Below are positions 49,852 to 58,562 of a DNA stretch of 64,000 bases, piece by piece. Below the pieces are notes generated by a model that did not search any database, had not been told where the DNA came from, and worked only from the letters and a program-made list of their open reading frames with translations. Both the position numbers and the translations under genes were made by a program. The stretch's first letter is position 1. Each line of letters begins with the position of its first letter. This stretch comes from Nitrospirota bacterium (lineage in GTDB: Bacteria; Nitrospirota; UBA9217): assembly GCA_035623825.1 (NCBI GenBank), contig DASPSR010000007.1:96001-160000 (forward strand), written 5' to 3'.

Positions 49852-49917
49852 TATCAGGAGACAATAAAGTTCGCCCAGAGATAACAAAGTTTGCCCTAGA
49901 CAATAGAATTCTTCCAA
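49852..49917 (+). mobile_element. Tn7-like transposon right end (degenerate terminus)
   Basis: TATCAGGA terminus (cf. TGTCTGCA), then three contiguous repeats AGACAATAAAGTTCGCCC / AGATAACAAAGTTTGCCC / AGACAATAGAATTCTTCC at 49859, 49879, 49898. Confidence 0.7.
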
Positions 49918-49934
49918 TTAGCACCACTTCAAGC

Positions 49935-50090
49935 TCAATTAAAGACTTCCTCAGGATAGACTTCCGGTTTGTAGTAATGTAATGTATCCTCGGAATGTAA
50001 CGGATGATGACCAATTGTATGAGCAATAGTAAAACGCTGCATGTGCGCATGATCGTCTTCTCTTCCGCCAAGAAATAGTTGCTCCCTCTT
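49935..50090 (-). pseudogene. Relic of an ImmA/IrrE-family metallopeptidase
   Basis: QRFTIAHTIGHHPLH resembles RQRFTIAHELGH; short, no intact gene. Confidence 0.45.
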
Positions 50091-50193
50091 TCTTAAAGAA
50101 AACACCCGAGATGCCGCCATCAGAAAATGGAAAAGGAATAATATCAAGCTGTTCGTGAAACTGCCAGATTGTTTCAAAATTCCTGGCCAGCCC

Positions 50194-51735
50194 CTATTCC
50201 CTCGGAGGGCGACTCAGCACATCGAGGGCTACCGGATTTATAAGGCGCAGGTCCTTTGTATAGATCCCGACGCCTGGATATTCGGAATAGTATTCCCAGA
50301 AGCTCCAATGAAGACCTTCATCGCGCATAATACTGGTGAGATCCTGTAGGTATCTGACAACACTTTCCCGAGCCGGGTTCGCGTGGGCAGTGAATTCTCC
50401 AACATAGAGCGGTACCTTGTGAAGGGACTTGAACCGCAATGCATAGCCAAGTTGTTCGAGGATCGCTTTCCTGTCCACATGCCCAAGCATTCTTCGTTTG
50501 TGCCAGGACAGGGAAAGAACATTTTCTCCGGTCGCTCGTTCTGAGCTATACCATCCTGAAAGACGGTACTCGCCTTGTTCAACTTCAAAGGGGCTGCTCG
50601 TTGCTGAACCAGGCGTCTGGCACCCGGACAAAGCCAGGGAGAATTTCCCGGTATGTGCGGCCTTGTCAGTAACACTCACGCATGCGCCCCGAATATTCCA
50701 GCTTATTCCCGGATAATCTATCTCAAAAGAGCTGTTCGAGACGAGGGGGGCGGGCAGTTCAAGAGTGCGACCATCGACTTCAAGCATGATATCATCGACA
50801 AATACGGTCCCGGCATTACCATATGATGAGATGTTCACCAAAAGCAGTTCAGCCCCTTCAGGGGGCCGCGCCCGGACGCTTACGCGTGACCATCCGTTGT
50901 CTCCTGTCATCGTTCCGGTCTTTGTTTCACCGATCTTTTCCCCGAATGTTGTCATCGCTCCGGGGTATGTTAATGCGACTCGTTCCGTTGTGGTCACGTA
51001 GAGGGTGAAAGAGGACGGGTAGAAAAAGTGAATGCTGTAAACCGTGTTCTTGTCTGGGAAAAGAAACAACTCGTTCCTTCCACCAGGCAGCAGGGCTTCT
51101 TCAATAATAAGAATATGGTTCTTGTCGCGTGAGCGTATCTTTTTTATTGTGGTGCTCATGACGCGGATATAATCCTTTCCTGTTGGAGGCTCCCCTTCAT
51201 TCAGGAGATCATATCCTGCGACGATAGTTTGCTGGGCATACCTTTCAGCGATTTTTTCCCACAGCGAGTAGAAGCATTCCTGATGCTCGTCCTTAGACCA
51301 AAAGTCGAAGGCTGTTTGTCTGTGGACGACAAAATCATGGGAGTTCTGGATTCCCGGAGCAAGGTGCATATCGAGGACGACAAAAACAGCATATTTCTTG
51401 CACCAGTTCAGGAGAGTATCGAGGAGGGTAAAGTTGGCTTCGTTGTAGTTGAACGGCTCGACCACAAAGTCTCGATAATCAATCACGAGACGAATGCTGT
51501 TCCAGGCTGAATCGGCAATTCTCCTTATGTCCTGCTCGCCCAGTGCGTGCTTGAAATGCTTGAACTGTACATTGATGCCACGAAGCAGTATCCGTTTGCC
51601 AGAAGCATCAAGGATCTTTTCTCCCTTGACCTGGAGAAATTTTTCTTGGGTATTGCCGGAAGATACTTGTGTGGTATGAAGCAGTATCGAAATGAACAGG
51701 GTAACCGTAAGAATGGTCTTTATCATTATCGTCAA
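50194..51735 (-). CDS. Glycoside hydrolase family 5 (cellulase-like) with internal carbohydrate-binding-like insert
   Basis: Signal peptide; LRGIN, NSIRL, VLDMH, GYDLLNE, YSIHFFYP, LYVGEF, WSFW. Confidence 0.85.
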   Translation of the reverse strand: MTIMIKTILTVTLFISILLHTTQVSSGNTQEKFLQVKGEKILDASGKRILLRGINVQFKHFKHALGEQDIRRIADSAWNSIRLVIDYRDFVVEPFNYNEANFTLLDTLLNWCKKYAVFVVLDMHLAPGIQNSHDFVVHRQTAFDFWSKDEHQECFYSLWEKIAERYAQQTIVAGYDLLNEGEPPTGKDYIRVMSTTIKKIRSRDKNHILIIEEALLPGGRNELFLFPDKNTVYSIHFFYPSSFTLYVTTTERVALTYPGAMTTFGEKIGETKTGTMTGDNGWSRVSVRARPPEGAELLLVNISSYGNAGTVFVDDIMLEVDGRTLELPAPLVSNSSFEIDYPGISWNIRGACVSVTDKAAHTGKFSLALSGCQTPGSATSSPFEVEQGEYRLSGWYSSERATGENVLSLSWHKRRMLGHVDRKAILEQLGYALRFKSLHKVPLYVGEFTAHANPARESVVRYLQDLTSIMRDEGLHWSFWEYYSEYPGVGIYTKDLRLINPVALDVLSRPPRE

Positions 51736-51774
51736 TGGGCGGGACAGGTAATGAGACTTTTTGAAGGCCTGATG

Positions 51775-51945
51775 TTAAGATGTCTTCATTGTCCGGGGAT
51801 CTGAGCAAGGTTCCCCTCTCCTGCACTGCGAAGACTTAGTCCCGCATAGAGTGTACCAGTTCTTGAAGCCGTAGTAGAATACAAGCGTCACATAAATGCA
51901 GATCGCCGCCACGACGGCTATGATGATCAGCATGATCGTCACCAT
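51775..51945 (-). CDS. Small single-TM protein (56 aa), absent from the ORF track
   Basis: MVTIMLIIIAVVAAICIYVTLVFYYGFKNWYTLCGTKSSQCRRGEPCSDPRTMKTS; strong AGGAGGT RBS; co-oriented with GH5. Confidence 0.65.
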   Translation of the reverse strand: MVTIMLIIIAVVAAICIYVTLVFYYGFKNWYTLCGTKSSQCRRGEPCSDPRTMKTS

Positions 51946-52432
51946 ACCACCTCCTGCCGATATATCTTAGTATATGATAGCGCTGAGACAGAAGAAGTCA
52001 AGAGGAGAAAAGGCTGAGGAAAGAGTACCCTATCGTGTCACTCTAACGCTGCACCCATATCATCGATGGAGCCTTCATCTTTTATCACCATGAAAGTCTC
52101 CGGCTTTAGTTGTTGACTCAGAACCAACTGGATCGTTACAAGAAAACAGGCCATTAAATACAGAAGATGAGAGATATTCCAGGAGGATCTTCACCGAGCT
52201 GCGTATTTCTCGGCGAACACAGAATATATCCGCTCGCTCAGTTCATCTGCTTGTTGGGCGATCGCAAAGCAGGACAAGAGAACTAACGCAACGATACTGC
52301 CGGCGAGAAACGATACTGCGCACAGAATCCCATTCCCTTTTAATTCAATTGGTTCTGACGCAAAAGACGCATTTCAGCATGTGATGTGCATCGGTAATAA
52401 CAAAAAAAGGCAAAAGTAACGCGACCGACGGC

Positions 52433-53314
52433 CTAAGATGTTTCTTCAAGAATGTCCTTTTGATCGCGCACAGCCAGATGGGCGGCCAAGGACCTTGCCA
52501 CAATAGGGTTCGAGAGTTCTGGCGGAATCGAGATATCCTTCAGCACGCATCGGGACAATTCCATGAGATCGGACGTAGCCGCATGACGAGAGCACTTTCT
52601 TACCGCCGTATGAACGCGTTGAAGATACTGCAGCCCCTCATTCATGCGTTGGTAGACGAGGGCACCTTGCCGGGGTTCATCCCAAGAGGGGAGGAGATAA
52701 TGAAGGTCCTTAACGGCCTTAAGCTTTTGTATGGACGCAACCGAGGCCGGGACATCCTCGTAGATGGGCAGCTCGCCGGGAACGGGGATGGCATCTCCTG
52801 AAAAGAGCGCCTGGTATCCGAGCAGCAGAATGGCGATCGAGCCTTTCGAGTGGCCCGGGGTGTGGATCACCTGCAGCTTGAGGCCGCAGCCGAGGTCAAA
52901 AACCTCACCGTCCTCGAGCAGCCTGTTCACTACCAATGATCCAGCCACAAGAGAGCCGAAACCGGGTACCGGCCTCTCCTTTGCCTGCAGCTGTACATTC
53001 TCGATCCAAGCCTTTTCCGCGGCGTGAGCGGCAATAGCGCATCCCGTCTCCCCCTTTATGGTTCTTGATGCCCCGATATGGTCCGGATGAGAATGCGTCT
53101 GGACAATCAGCGATATGTCGCTTACTCTCCGGTCTGTCGCCCTCAGATAATTGAAGATCGTCTCCTCGGCAGACGCCACGCCGGCATCGATAAGACAGAT
53201 CCCATGCGTGCCGTAGATAAGATAGACGTATACGAACCGCTCCAGCGTCACGCCCCACGGGGTCGTTATGGTAAAGGGAATCTTGATTGCATGAATTTGC
53301 TTGTTGATCTGCAT
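52433..53314 (-). CDS. MBL-fold metallo-hydrolase
   Basis: LIDAG, THSHPDHIG, HTPGHS, FSGDA. Confidence 0.9.
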   Translation of the reverse strand: MQINKQIHAIKIPFTITTPWGVTLERFVYVYLIYGTHGICLIDAGVASAEETIFNYLRATDRRVSDISLIVQTHSHPDHIGASRTIKGETGCAIAAHAAEKAWIENVQLQAKERPVPGFGSLVAGSLVVNRLLEDGEVFDLGCGLKLQVIHTPGHSKGSIAILLLGYQALFSGDAIPVPGELPIYEDVPASVASIQKLKAVKDLHYLLPSWDEPRQGALVYQRMNEGLQYLQRVHTAVRKCSRHAATSDLMELSRCVLKDISIPPELSNPIVARSLAAHLAVRDQKDILEETS

Positions 53315-53427
53315 TGATACAGTATTTCCTTTTCCCCATACTATAGAATATTTGAATCCATTGCAAGATAAAACAAGGAAGACCTCGCAAGGGGCTGCCT
53401 TTTTGTCAGTGATCCACATAAATGCGC

Positions 53428-53514
53428 TTCAACGTATTTAACGGCGCTCTCTACTATGCAGCCAATGATGCCACGAATGGTTGAGAGCATTGGAATACTG
53501 ACGGTACCATGGCC
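53428..53514 (+). pseudogene. Fragment of an ELWxxDGT-repeat protein
   Basis: FNVFNGALYYAANDATNG*EHWNTDGTMA (in-frame stop). Confidence 0.6.
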
Positions 53515-53590
53515 GAATTAATAAAACTCAAATCTATACTGGAACACGCAGCAGTTGCGTTTCTTGGAAATTCTAATTTTATCCTATCGG

Positions 53591-53746
53591 CTAAAAAAGT
53601 AAGAACTTTATTGTTTGCGATTGGAAGAACTTTATTGTCTTAAACGGGGAAAAGTAAGAACTTTGTCTTTTTTGCCGATTTTCGAACACTATATAAATCA
53701 ATGAGTTAGAATAAGCATTTTGCAACAACTTTGTTGTTTGCAGACA
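53591..53746 (-). mobile_element. Tn7-like transposon left end #1
   Basis: Terminal TGTCTGCA on - strand; TnsB-type repeats (GTAAGAACTTTATTGTCT consensus) at 53599, 53623, 53654, 53722; IHF consensus AATCAATGAGTTA at 53696. Confidence 0.8.
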
Positions 53747-53879
53747 ACAAACGTCGTCGGCGAAACAAGGGAGAACCATGGACCGTAAAGGCAAGACTGC
53801 ACCTCAATTTCACAAAGAGGAAAGAGAATCTTGGAATTACCGATCTTACTAAATTTCCGCCCAAGTTCTGACATGACGG

Positions 53880-54854
53880 CTATCTCTGCTTCCTCTCCCA
53901 TTCCCATGCAGTCTTGATGATGTAATCGAGGGAATCGAATTTCGGCTTCCAATTCAGTTTTTGTTTCAACCTGGAACTGTCAGCAACCAGGACTGGAGGG
54001 TCTCCTCCCCTTCGCTCAGTCTCCTGGACCACAAAGCTCTTCCCAGTTACCTTCTTGGCGGTATCAATCACTTCCCTTACGGAGTATCCATGGCCGTAGC
54101 CACAATTAAAAAAATCACTCTTGCCACCCTCAAGAAGATATTTGAGTGCAAGAAGATGAGCATCGGCAAGGTCTTCTACATGGATATAGTCCCTGATACA
54201 TGTGCCGTCAGGAGTGGGGTAATTTGTCCCGTATACCTTGATGCTCTGGCGCTCCCCTTTTGCGGTCTTTAATATAAGCGGAATTAGGTGCGATTCAGGG
54301 TTGTGCCGCTCCCCGATTCGTCCCTTAGAATCCGCCCCTGCGGTATTGAAGTAACGGAGGGAAATCTGTTGAAAATCCATGGCAGCCGACAGATCCTTTA
54401 AGACCTGTTCAACAATGACCTTTGATTGACCATAGGGATTGATGGGGCTTATCTTCTCATCTTCGGTTATCGGGACTTTTTCGGGAATGCCGTACACGGC
54501 CGCGCTAGAAGAAAAGATGAATTTGCGCACCCGATGTTTTGTGAGGACATCTAGAAGGTTTAAGGTGTTTCCTACGTTGTTTACATAATATTTAATAGCA
54601 TTACTGACCGATTCGCCGACCTCGATGAAAGCCGCAAAATGCATCACCGCATTAGGCCTGAACCATTTTACGGTATGTTCAAGTCGCATCGTATCAGCTA
54701 GGTCACCAACGACTAGTTCACCATCCAAGACAGAATCACGGTAGCCCCTCGAAAGGTTGTCGTAGACCAGTATCGTAAAACCCGCTTCATCTAGGGCTTT
54801 GACGACGTGACTTCCTATATATCCGGCACCGCCGGTGACAAGGATATTTCTCAA
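53880..54854 (-). CDS. galE: UDP-glucose 4-epimerase
   Basis: TGGAGYIGSH, HFAA..VGES, FSSSAAVYG, YGQSK, LRYFN, DGTCIRDYIHV. Confidence 0.95.
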   Translation of the reverse strand: MRNILVTGGAGYIGSHVVKALDEAGFTILVYDNLSRGYRDSVLDGELVVGDLADTMRLEHTVKWFRPNAVMHFAAFIEVGESVSNAIKYYVNNVGNTLNLLDVLTKHRVRKFIFSSSAAVYGIPEKVPITEDEKISPINPYGQSKVIVEQVLKDLSAAMDFQQISLRYFNTAGADSKGRIGERHNPESHLIPLILKTAKGERQSIKVYGTNYPTPDGTCIRDYIHVEDLADAHLLALKYLLEGGKSDFFNCGYGHGYSVREVIDTAKKVTGKSFVVQETERRGGDPPVLVADSSRLKQKLNWKPKFDSLDYIIKTAWEWERKQR

Positions 54855-55190
54855 TAATGTCTCTCTTATAGTAAAAGTATTATGATCGTATTTCTTTACG
54901 ACTCAGTAAGTTAATAACACGAACACGACTACGAGTCAAATCGTATTTTCCGCTTTTGCAAATTCCTCAATCTAGCCACTTATTTAGTAAATCAAACTGT
55001 AAGTCCGTTACCATCCATTTCTCTGGTAACTAATCGGCTATTGAACAGCCCCACTTAGCTCATTGGAATGCACCTTGTTTAGTTCTTGCCATCATCTTGA
55101 TGTCTCCATAAAATGCTCTTGCAATTTGTAAATCGTTTTTAGTATGATAAGTGCATATGCGTTTTGCGGCCTTAGAATGCGGTTTATGGG

Positions 55191-55344
55191 CCAAAAAAAC
55201 AAGAAATTTATCGTCTGCGATTGTAAGAACTTTATTGTCTTAAACAGGGAAAAGTAAGAACTTTGTCTTTTTTGCCGATTTTTGAGCACTATATAATTCA
55301 ATGAGTTACTACGAGCTTTGTAATAACTTTATTGTCCGCAGACA
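55191..55344 (-). mobile_element. Tn7-like transposon left end #2
   Basis: - strand begins TGTCTGCGGACAATAAAG (cf. Tn7 TGTGGGCGGACAATAAAG); near-copy of end #1 at a 1600-bp offset. Confidence 0.82.
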
Positions 55345-55610
55345 TCTCCTCCTCCTGTATGTTTCATATCGTAGTTATTACTCTCATCAACAGAATATTC
55401 TTCGTACGGATGTTTGCAAATAAAGAGATGTGATGTTGTGCAACATTCTGCCCAGTTTTATTGACAAGCATAGCGGCCATTGCTATCCTTAGATTAGTTA
55501 CAGAGGTATGATATCGCGATAAACTGAAAATAAGGAGAAGACGCCGTACGAAAGCTTGAAATGTGCGCGATTCACAATACTTCACAAATCAGAATGAGGA
55601 GGTGACATTT

Positions 55611-55934
55611 ATGCCGGCAATGGAGACCGTTAAAGAGATGAAGGAATCCATAAGCATACATCGGGGCTTCGGTAGGTCGCGAGACGTGGAATTCGTGCTT
55701 TATGCGCCTGAAGCTAAGAAAGCTTATATCGCAGGTAAATTCAACAATTGGAACACAGAACAGTATCCCATGAAAAAAGGCAAGGATGGGTTTTGGAGAA
55801 TAAAAATCAAACTATCTGCGGGGACGCATGAGTATAAGTATTTTGTTGATGGCGCTTGGGCTCAAGATGTTCCCTGTGCCGCACTGGTGCCGAATCCATT
55901 TGGCACTTCTAACTGTGTAATTTCAGTGAAGTGA
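55611..55934 (+). CDS. Glycogen-binding (CBM48/AMPK-beta, isoamylase early set) domain protein
   Basis: APEAKKAYIAGKFNNW, G.HEYKYFVDG.W, NPFGTSN; GAGGAGG RBS. Confidence 0.9.
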   Translation: MPAMETVKEMKESISIHRGFGRSRDVEFVLYAPEAKKAYIAGKFNNWNTEQYPMKKGKDGFWRIKIKLSAGTHEYKYFVDGAWAQDVPCAALVPNPFGTSNCVISVK

Positions 55935-56020
55935 TCGATTGTCGGGGTGACGATGCAGTCGAGGTCGTGTAAAAACCTCTGGGTGTTTTTCCCAGGCAAC
56001 CGTTAAAGCGAATCTTGACA

Positions 56021-56053
56021 GCCCCGTTCCGTGGACGTTAGGAGCGGGGTTTT
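56021..56053 (+). terminator. Rho-independent terminator
   Basis: GCCCCGTTCC/GGAGCGGGGT stem plus TTT. Confidence 0.55.
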
Positions 56054-56375
56054 GTATTTACTGCTCGTCTTTGCACTAGCAAATCGATGCGCGGACCTTT
56101 TCCGCTGTGTAACTACCAACCAGGGATTCACAATTTAATTTCGATATAGCCTCATGCCTATTAATAGGTGTCTTCGATACTGATGCGAATTCTAAAAAAT
56201 AAGGATTTCCGCTAGATGACTTTCGCCAGGCCTTCCTATTCGAAACGTGTGACTAAGACGTCTTATCAGCAAGAATAGATACATCCTGAAGTCGTTGTCG
56301 ATGTAATTCTTTGCAACCTTCATGTTTCCTGCCGAACGAAACAGCACGTATCCCGACTATCTCCATCCCAGGTGG

Positions 56376-56404
56376 TTGACAATTGTATCGTTCAGGAATA
56401 TAGT
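56376..56404 (+). promoter_or_regulatory. Near-consensus promoter facing the cassette (Pc-like)
   Basis: TTGACA-N17-TATAGT. Confidence 0.7.
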
Positions 56405-56500
56405 TTTTTCGATCCATGAATATCATGGCACAATCATTGCTAAACTCGATAATACCGGAAATTCGTTTTTTACGAGTTAAGCATAACCAGACAATCACTT

Positions 56501-56993
56501 GTTAGGCCTGTTAACAATTTCAAAAATCACCAAGGAGAAAACATGCGCTGGTATCACTACATTGCTTTCTTTTTTGCTGGAGCGTTTCTAACAAACGCAA
56601 TTCCTCATTTCGTCAACGGTATCTCCGGCTCAGCTTTTCAAAGCCCCTTCGCCTCTCCACTTGGGCAAGGCCTATCTTCAGCGTTGGTCAATGTTCTTTG
56701 GGGCTTTTTCAATTTTGTACTCGGCTACCTTCTGGTTTGCAGAGTTGGGACCTTCAGCCTCAGAAAGACCAGCCACGCAATTGCATTGGGTGCCGGAATC
56801 CTTTGTATGTCGCTTATGCTGGCCCATTCATTCGCGCGGTTCCATGGCGGATTGTAGTAATGGTCGGCCTAACCATAATACGCTCAAATCGGACCCAACA
56901 GCCGCTGATTGGTTCCTCCACCGGACATCCGTCCTTCTCGTCTCCTTCGTGCCTCCGGCTGGCGGTTGGTCCGGTTAGCGAGACTCGTTCTGA
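56501..56993 (+). mobile_element. Integron gene cassette with attC site (56867-56993)
   Basis: Core GTTAGGC at 56501 is complementary to inverse core GCCTAAC at 56867; L'' CGCTCAAATCGGACCCAACAGCC pairs with L' GGCGGTTGGTCCGGTTAGCG with extrahelical bases; next core GTTCTGA at 56987. Confidence 0.75.
56543..56857 (+). CDS. Small membrane protein (cassette gene), function unknown
   Basis: AAGGAG RBS; three hydrophobic segments; NAIPHFVNGISG..FQSPFA. Confidence 0.8.
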   Translation: MRWYHYIAFFFAGAFLTNAIPHFVNGISGSAFQSPFASPLGQGLSSALVNVLWGFFNFVLGYLLVCRVGTFSLRKTSHAIALGAGILCMSLMLAHSFARFHGGL

Positions 56994-57185
56994 ATAGTAC
57001 TATTGGAATTATTGGAGTTTCCAACTCTGAGACTTAGTAGGTGCCGTTAACTCCGGTCGAGAGAAGGTCGTCTGATCTTTTCTGGTTGAAATGTTCAGCC
57101 TTAGTGTCTTCCTGAAAGGCGCTAGTTGCCATTCTTTTAAATATTGTTCGTTTCTCGTGAAAGTTGCAATTCTGGATGCAAAATG

Positions 57186-57330
57186 GTAAGAAATTAATTG
57201 TCTGCAAATTTCACAACATTATTGTTTATTGAATTAAAATGTAAGAACTTTAGTTTTCGGGCGGTTTTCCGGCCATTGAAATATCAATGAGCTACAGACT
57301 TGTTTGTAAGGACTTAATTGTCTGCAGACA
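57186..57330 (-). mobile_element. Tn7-like transposon left end #3 (more divergent)
   Basis: - strand begins TGTCTGCAGACAATTAAG; repeats at 57186, 57211, 57241, 57306; IHF-like TATCAATGAGCTA at 57282. Confidence 0.78.
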
Positions 57331-57515
57331 CCCCTCCTCTCTCGCTCGTCGTCTTTTTTTCATGGCTAACTGCAACTAGCTTCAGTTTTTCTCGCCTGCA
57401 TCTCTTCCCGTTGACAATGCAGCGCTAAAAGAATAAAATGTCGGACTCGCAATACCCGTAGATGATCAAGAACTCTTTCGGAATCCAACGCTATCTACTC
57501 CAAAACCGTTCACCA

Positions 57516-57544
57516 TTGACATCGCACTAGTTCGGGCATATAGT
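57516..57544 (+). promoter_or_regulatory. Near-consensus promoter of the DUF1810 gene (a second one at 57411-57439)
   Basis: TTGACA-N17-TATAGT; TTGACA-N17-TAAAAT. Confidence 0.6.
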
Positions 57545-57582
57545 TGGTGTGCTGCGATCTAACTGCAGGCCAAGAGTCAGAA

Positions 57583-58059
57583 ATGACAAAAGCAAACGAT
57601 ACGATAGGCCGTGATGATCCATTTGGCTTAAGTCGCTTCATAAATGCTCAAGACGGCGTCTATGATCGTGTCCTCGAGGAGTTGAAAAACGGCCGGAAGA
57701 GATCGCACTGGATGTGGTACATATTTCCGCAGGTTGATGGATTGGGATACAGTGCTACCTCGAAACACTATGCCATAAAAAGTGTAGAAGAGGCTCGGGC
57801 ATACTTAAATCACCCTGTTCTTGGATCAAGACTGTTGGAATGTGCAAACACTGTCTTGGCCACTGAAGGACGGTCAGCTTCTGGTATTTTTGGCTACCCC
57901 GATGATCTGAAGCTTCAATCCTCCATGACTCTTTTTGCATCCGTAGCGGATCAGGACTCCGTATTTGCCCATGTCCTTGATAAGTATTTTCAGGGCGAAC
58001 GCGACGTGAGAACGCTCCAGATATTGAAGAAAATGAGGGGGGACAAGGGCCGAGAATAG
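57583..58059 (+). CDS. DUF1810 family protein
   Basis: DPFGLSRF..AQ, GRKRSHWMWYIFPQ, HPVLG.RL, D.LK..SSMTLF. Confidence 0.92.
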   Translation: MTKANDTIGRDDPFGLSRFINAQDGVYDRVLEELKNGRKRSHWMWYIFPQVDGLGYSATSKHYAIKSVEEARAYLNHPVLGSRLLECANTVLATEGRSASGIFGYPDDLKLQSSMTLFASVADQDSVFAHVLDKYFQGERDVRTLQILKKMRGDKGRE

Positions 58060-58338
58060 CCTGGCGATGCGCTCCAACAGATGAGCTAATCAAATGATAA
58101 CTGCGCTTATGGTTATGAATCGTATATCTTTTATAGATCCTTTCTGTCATATTATGCCACCGAACCTATACCTATAAATTTGCATTTCGGAAGCCTTTTG
58201 CTTCCAATCGTGCCCGGCAAATATATGCTTCCATAAAATAAGCGAAAAACACTTGGCTTGGACAAACTCAGCCATAGAACGGATATATCATCACACCATA
58301 TGTAAATATATCTAGCAAGCTCACATAGTACTCCCTAT

Positions 58339-58521
58339 ATGAATTACGGGGCCAACAGCGTGAATACATCTGAAGCGAATAACAATTTCAATCCCCTTGC
58401 TAATTGTGCTAACATGATAGCATCAGATACAGGCATGCTGATCAACAACAACCCGGCACAATGAACAACAATGGTGCGCTAAACAATTTCGGGACACTGA
58501 ACAACTTCGTCAATCAATAGG
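58339..58521 (+). pseudogene. Frameshifted relic of an Asn/Gly-rich beta-helix repeat (adhesin-like) gene
   Basis: ...GMLINNN / GTMNNNGALNNFGTLNNF across a frameshift. Confidence 0.35.
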
Positions 58522-58562
58522 GAACAAAATAAGTTACAGATTCATTAATTTCAGGAGGCATT

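Noticed and set aside
50719-50732. Short match (TCTCAAAAGAGCT) to the 3' end of the ALS-like gene as a homing spacer
   Set aside because: Only 13 bp, inside the GH5 coding sequence, with no flanking repeats
52190-52350. Signal-peptide-like reading frame on the minus strand
   Set aside because: No in-frame start codon and it terminates quickly; at best an unidentifiable fragment
53778-53852. 24-aa ORF with GGGAG RBS just outside left end #1
   Set aside because: Too short, no recognisable motif; cannot be supported from sequence alone
53591-55301. Two similar short ORFs (53591-53794 and 55092-55301, NRQKRQSSYFS..KTIKF)
   Set aside because: They are translations of the duplicated non-coding transposon ends
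53591-57330. Repeated GTAAGAACTTTATTGTCT units read as a CRISPR array
   Set aside because: Repeats are ~18 bp, irregularly spaced, the 'spacers' are conserved between copies, and no cas genes are present; terminal TGT/ACA fits transposon ends
49845-57335. 5-bp target-site duplication pairing the right end with any left end
   Set aside because: Flanks TGATG/GATGA versus ACAAA, TCTCC and CCCCT do not match, so no single intact element can be delimited
57543-58078. DUF1810 gene as a second integron cassette (GTTGGTG ... CTCCAAC)
   Set aside because: Core match is imperfect, no L boxes or attC hairpin follow, and the GTT overlaps the gene's own -10 box
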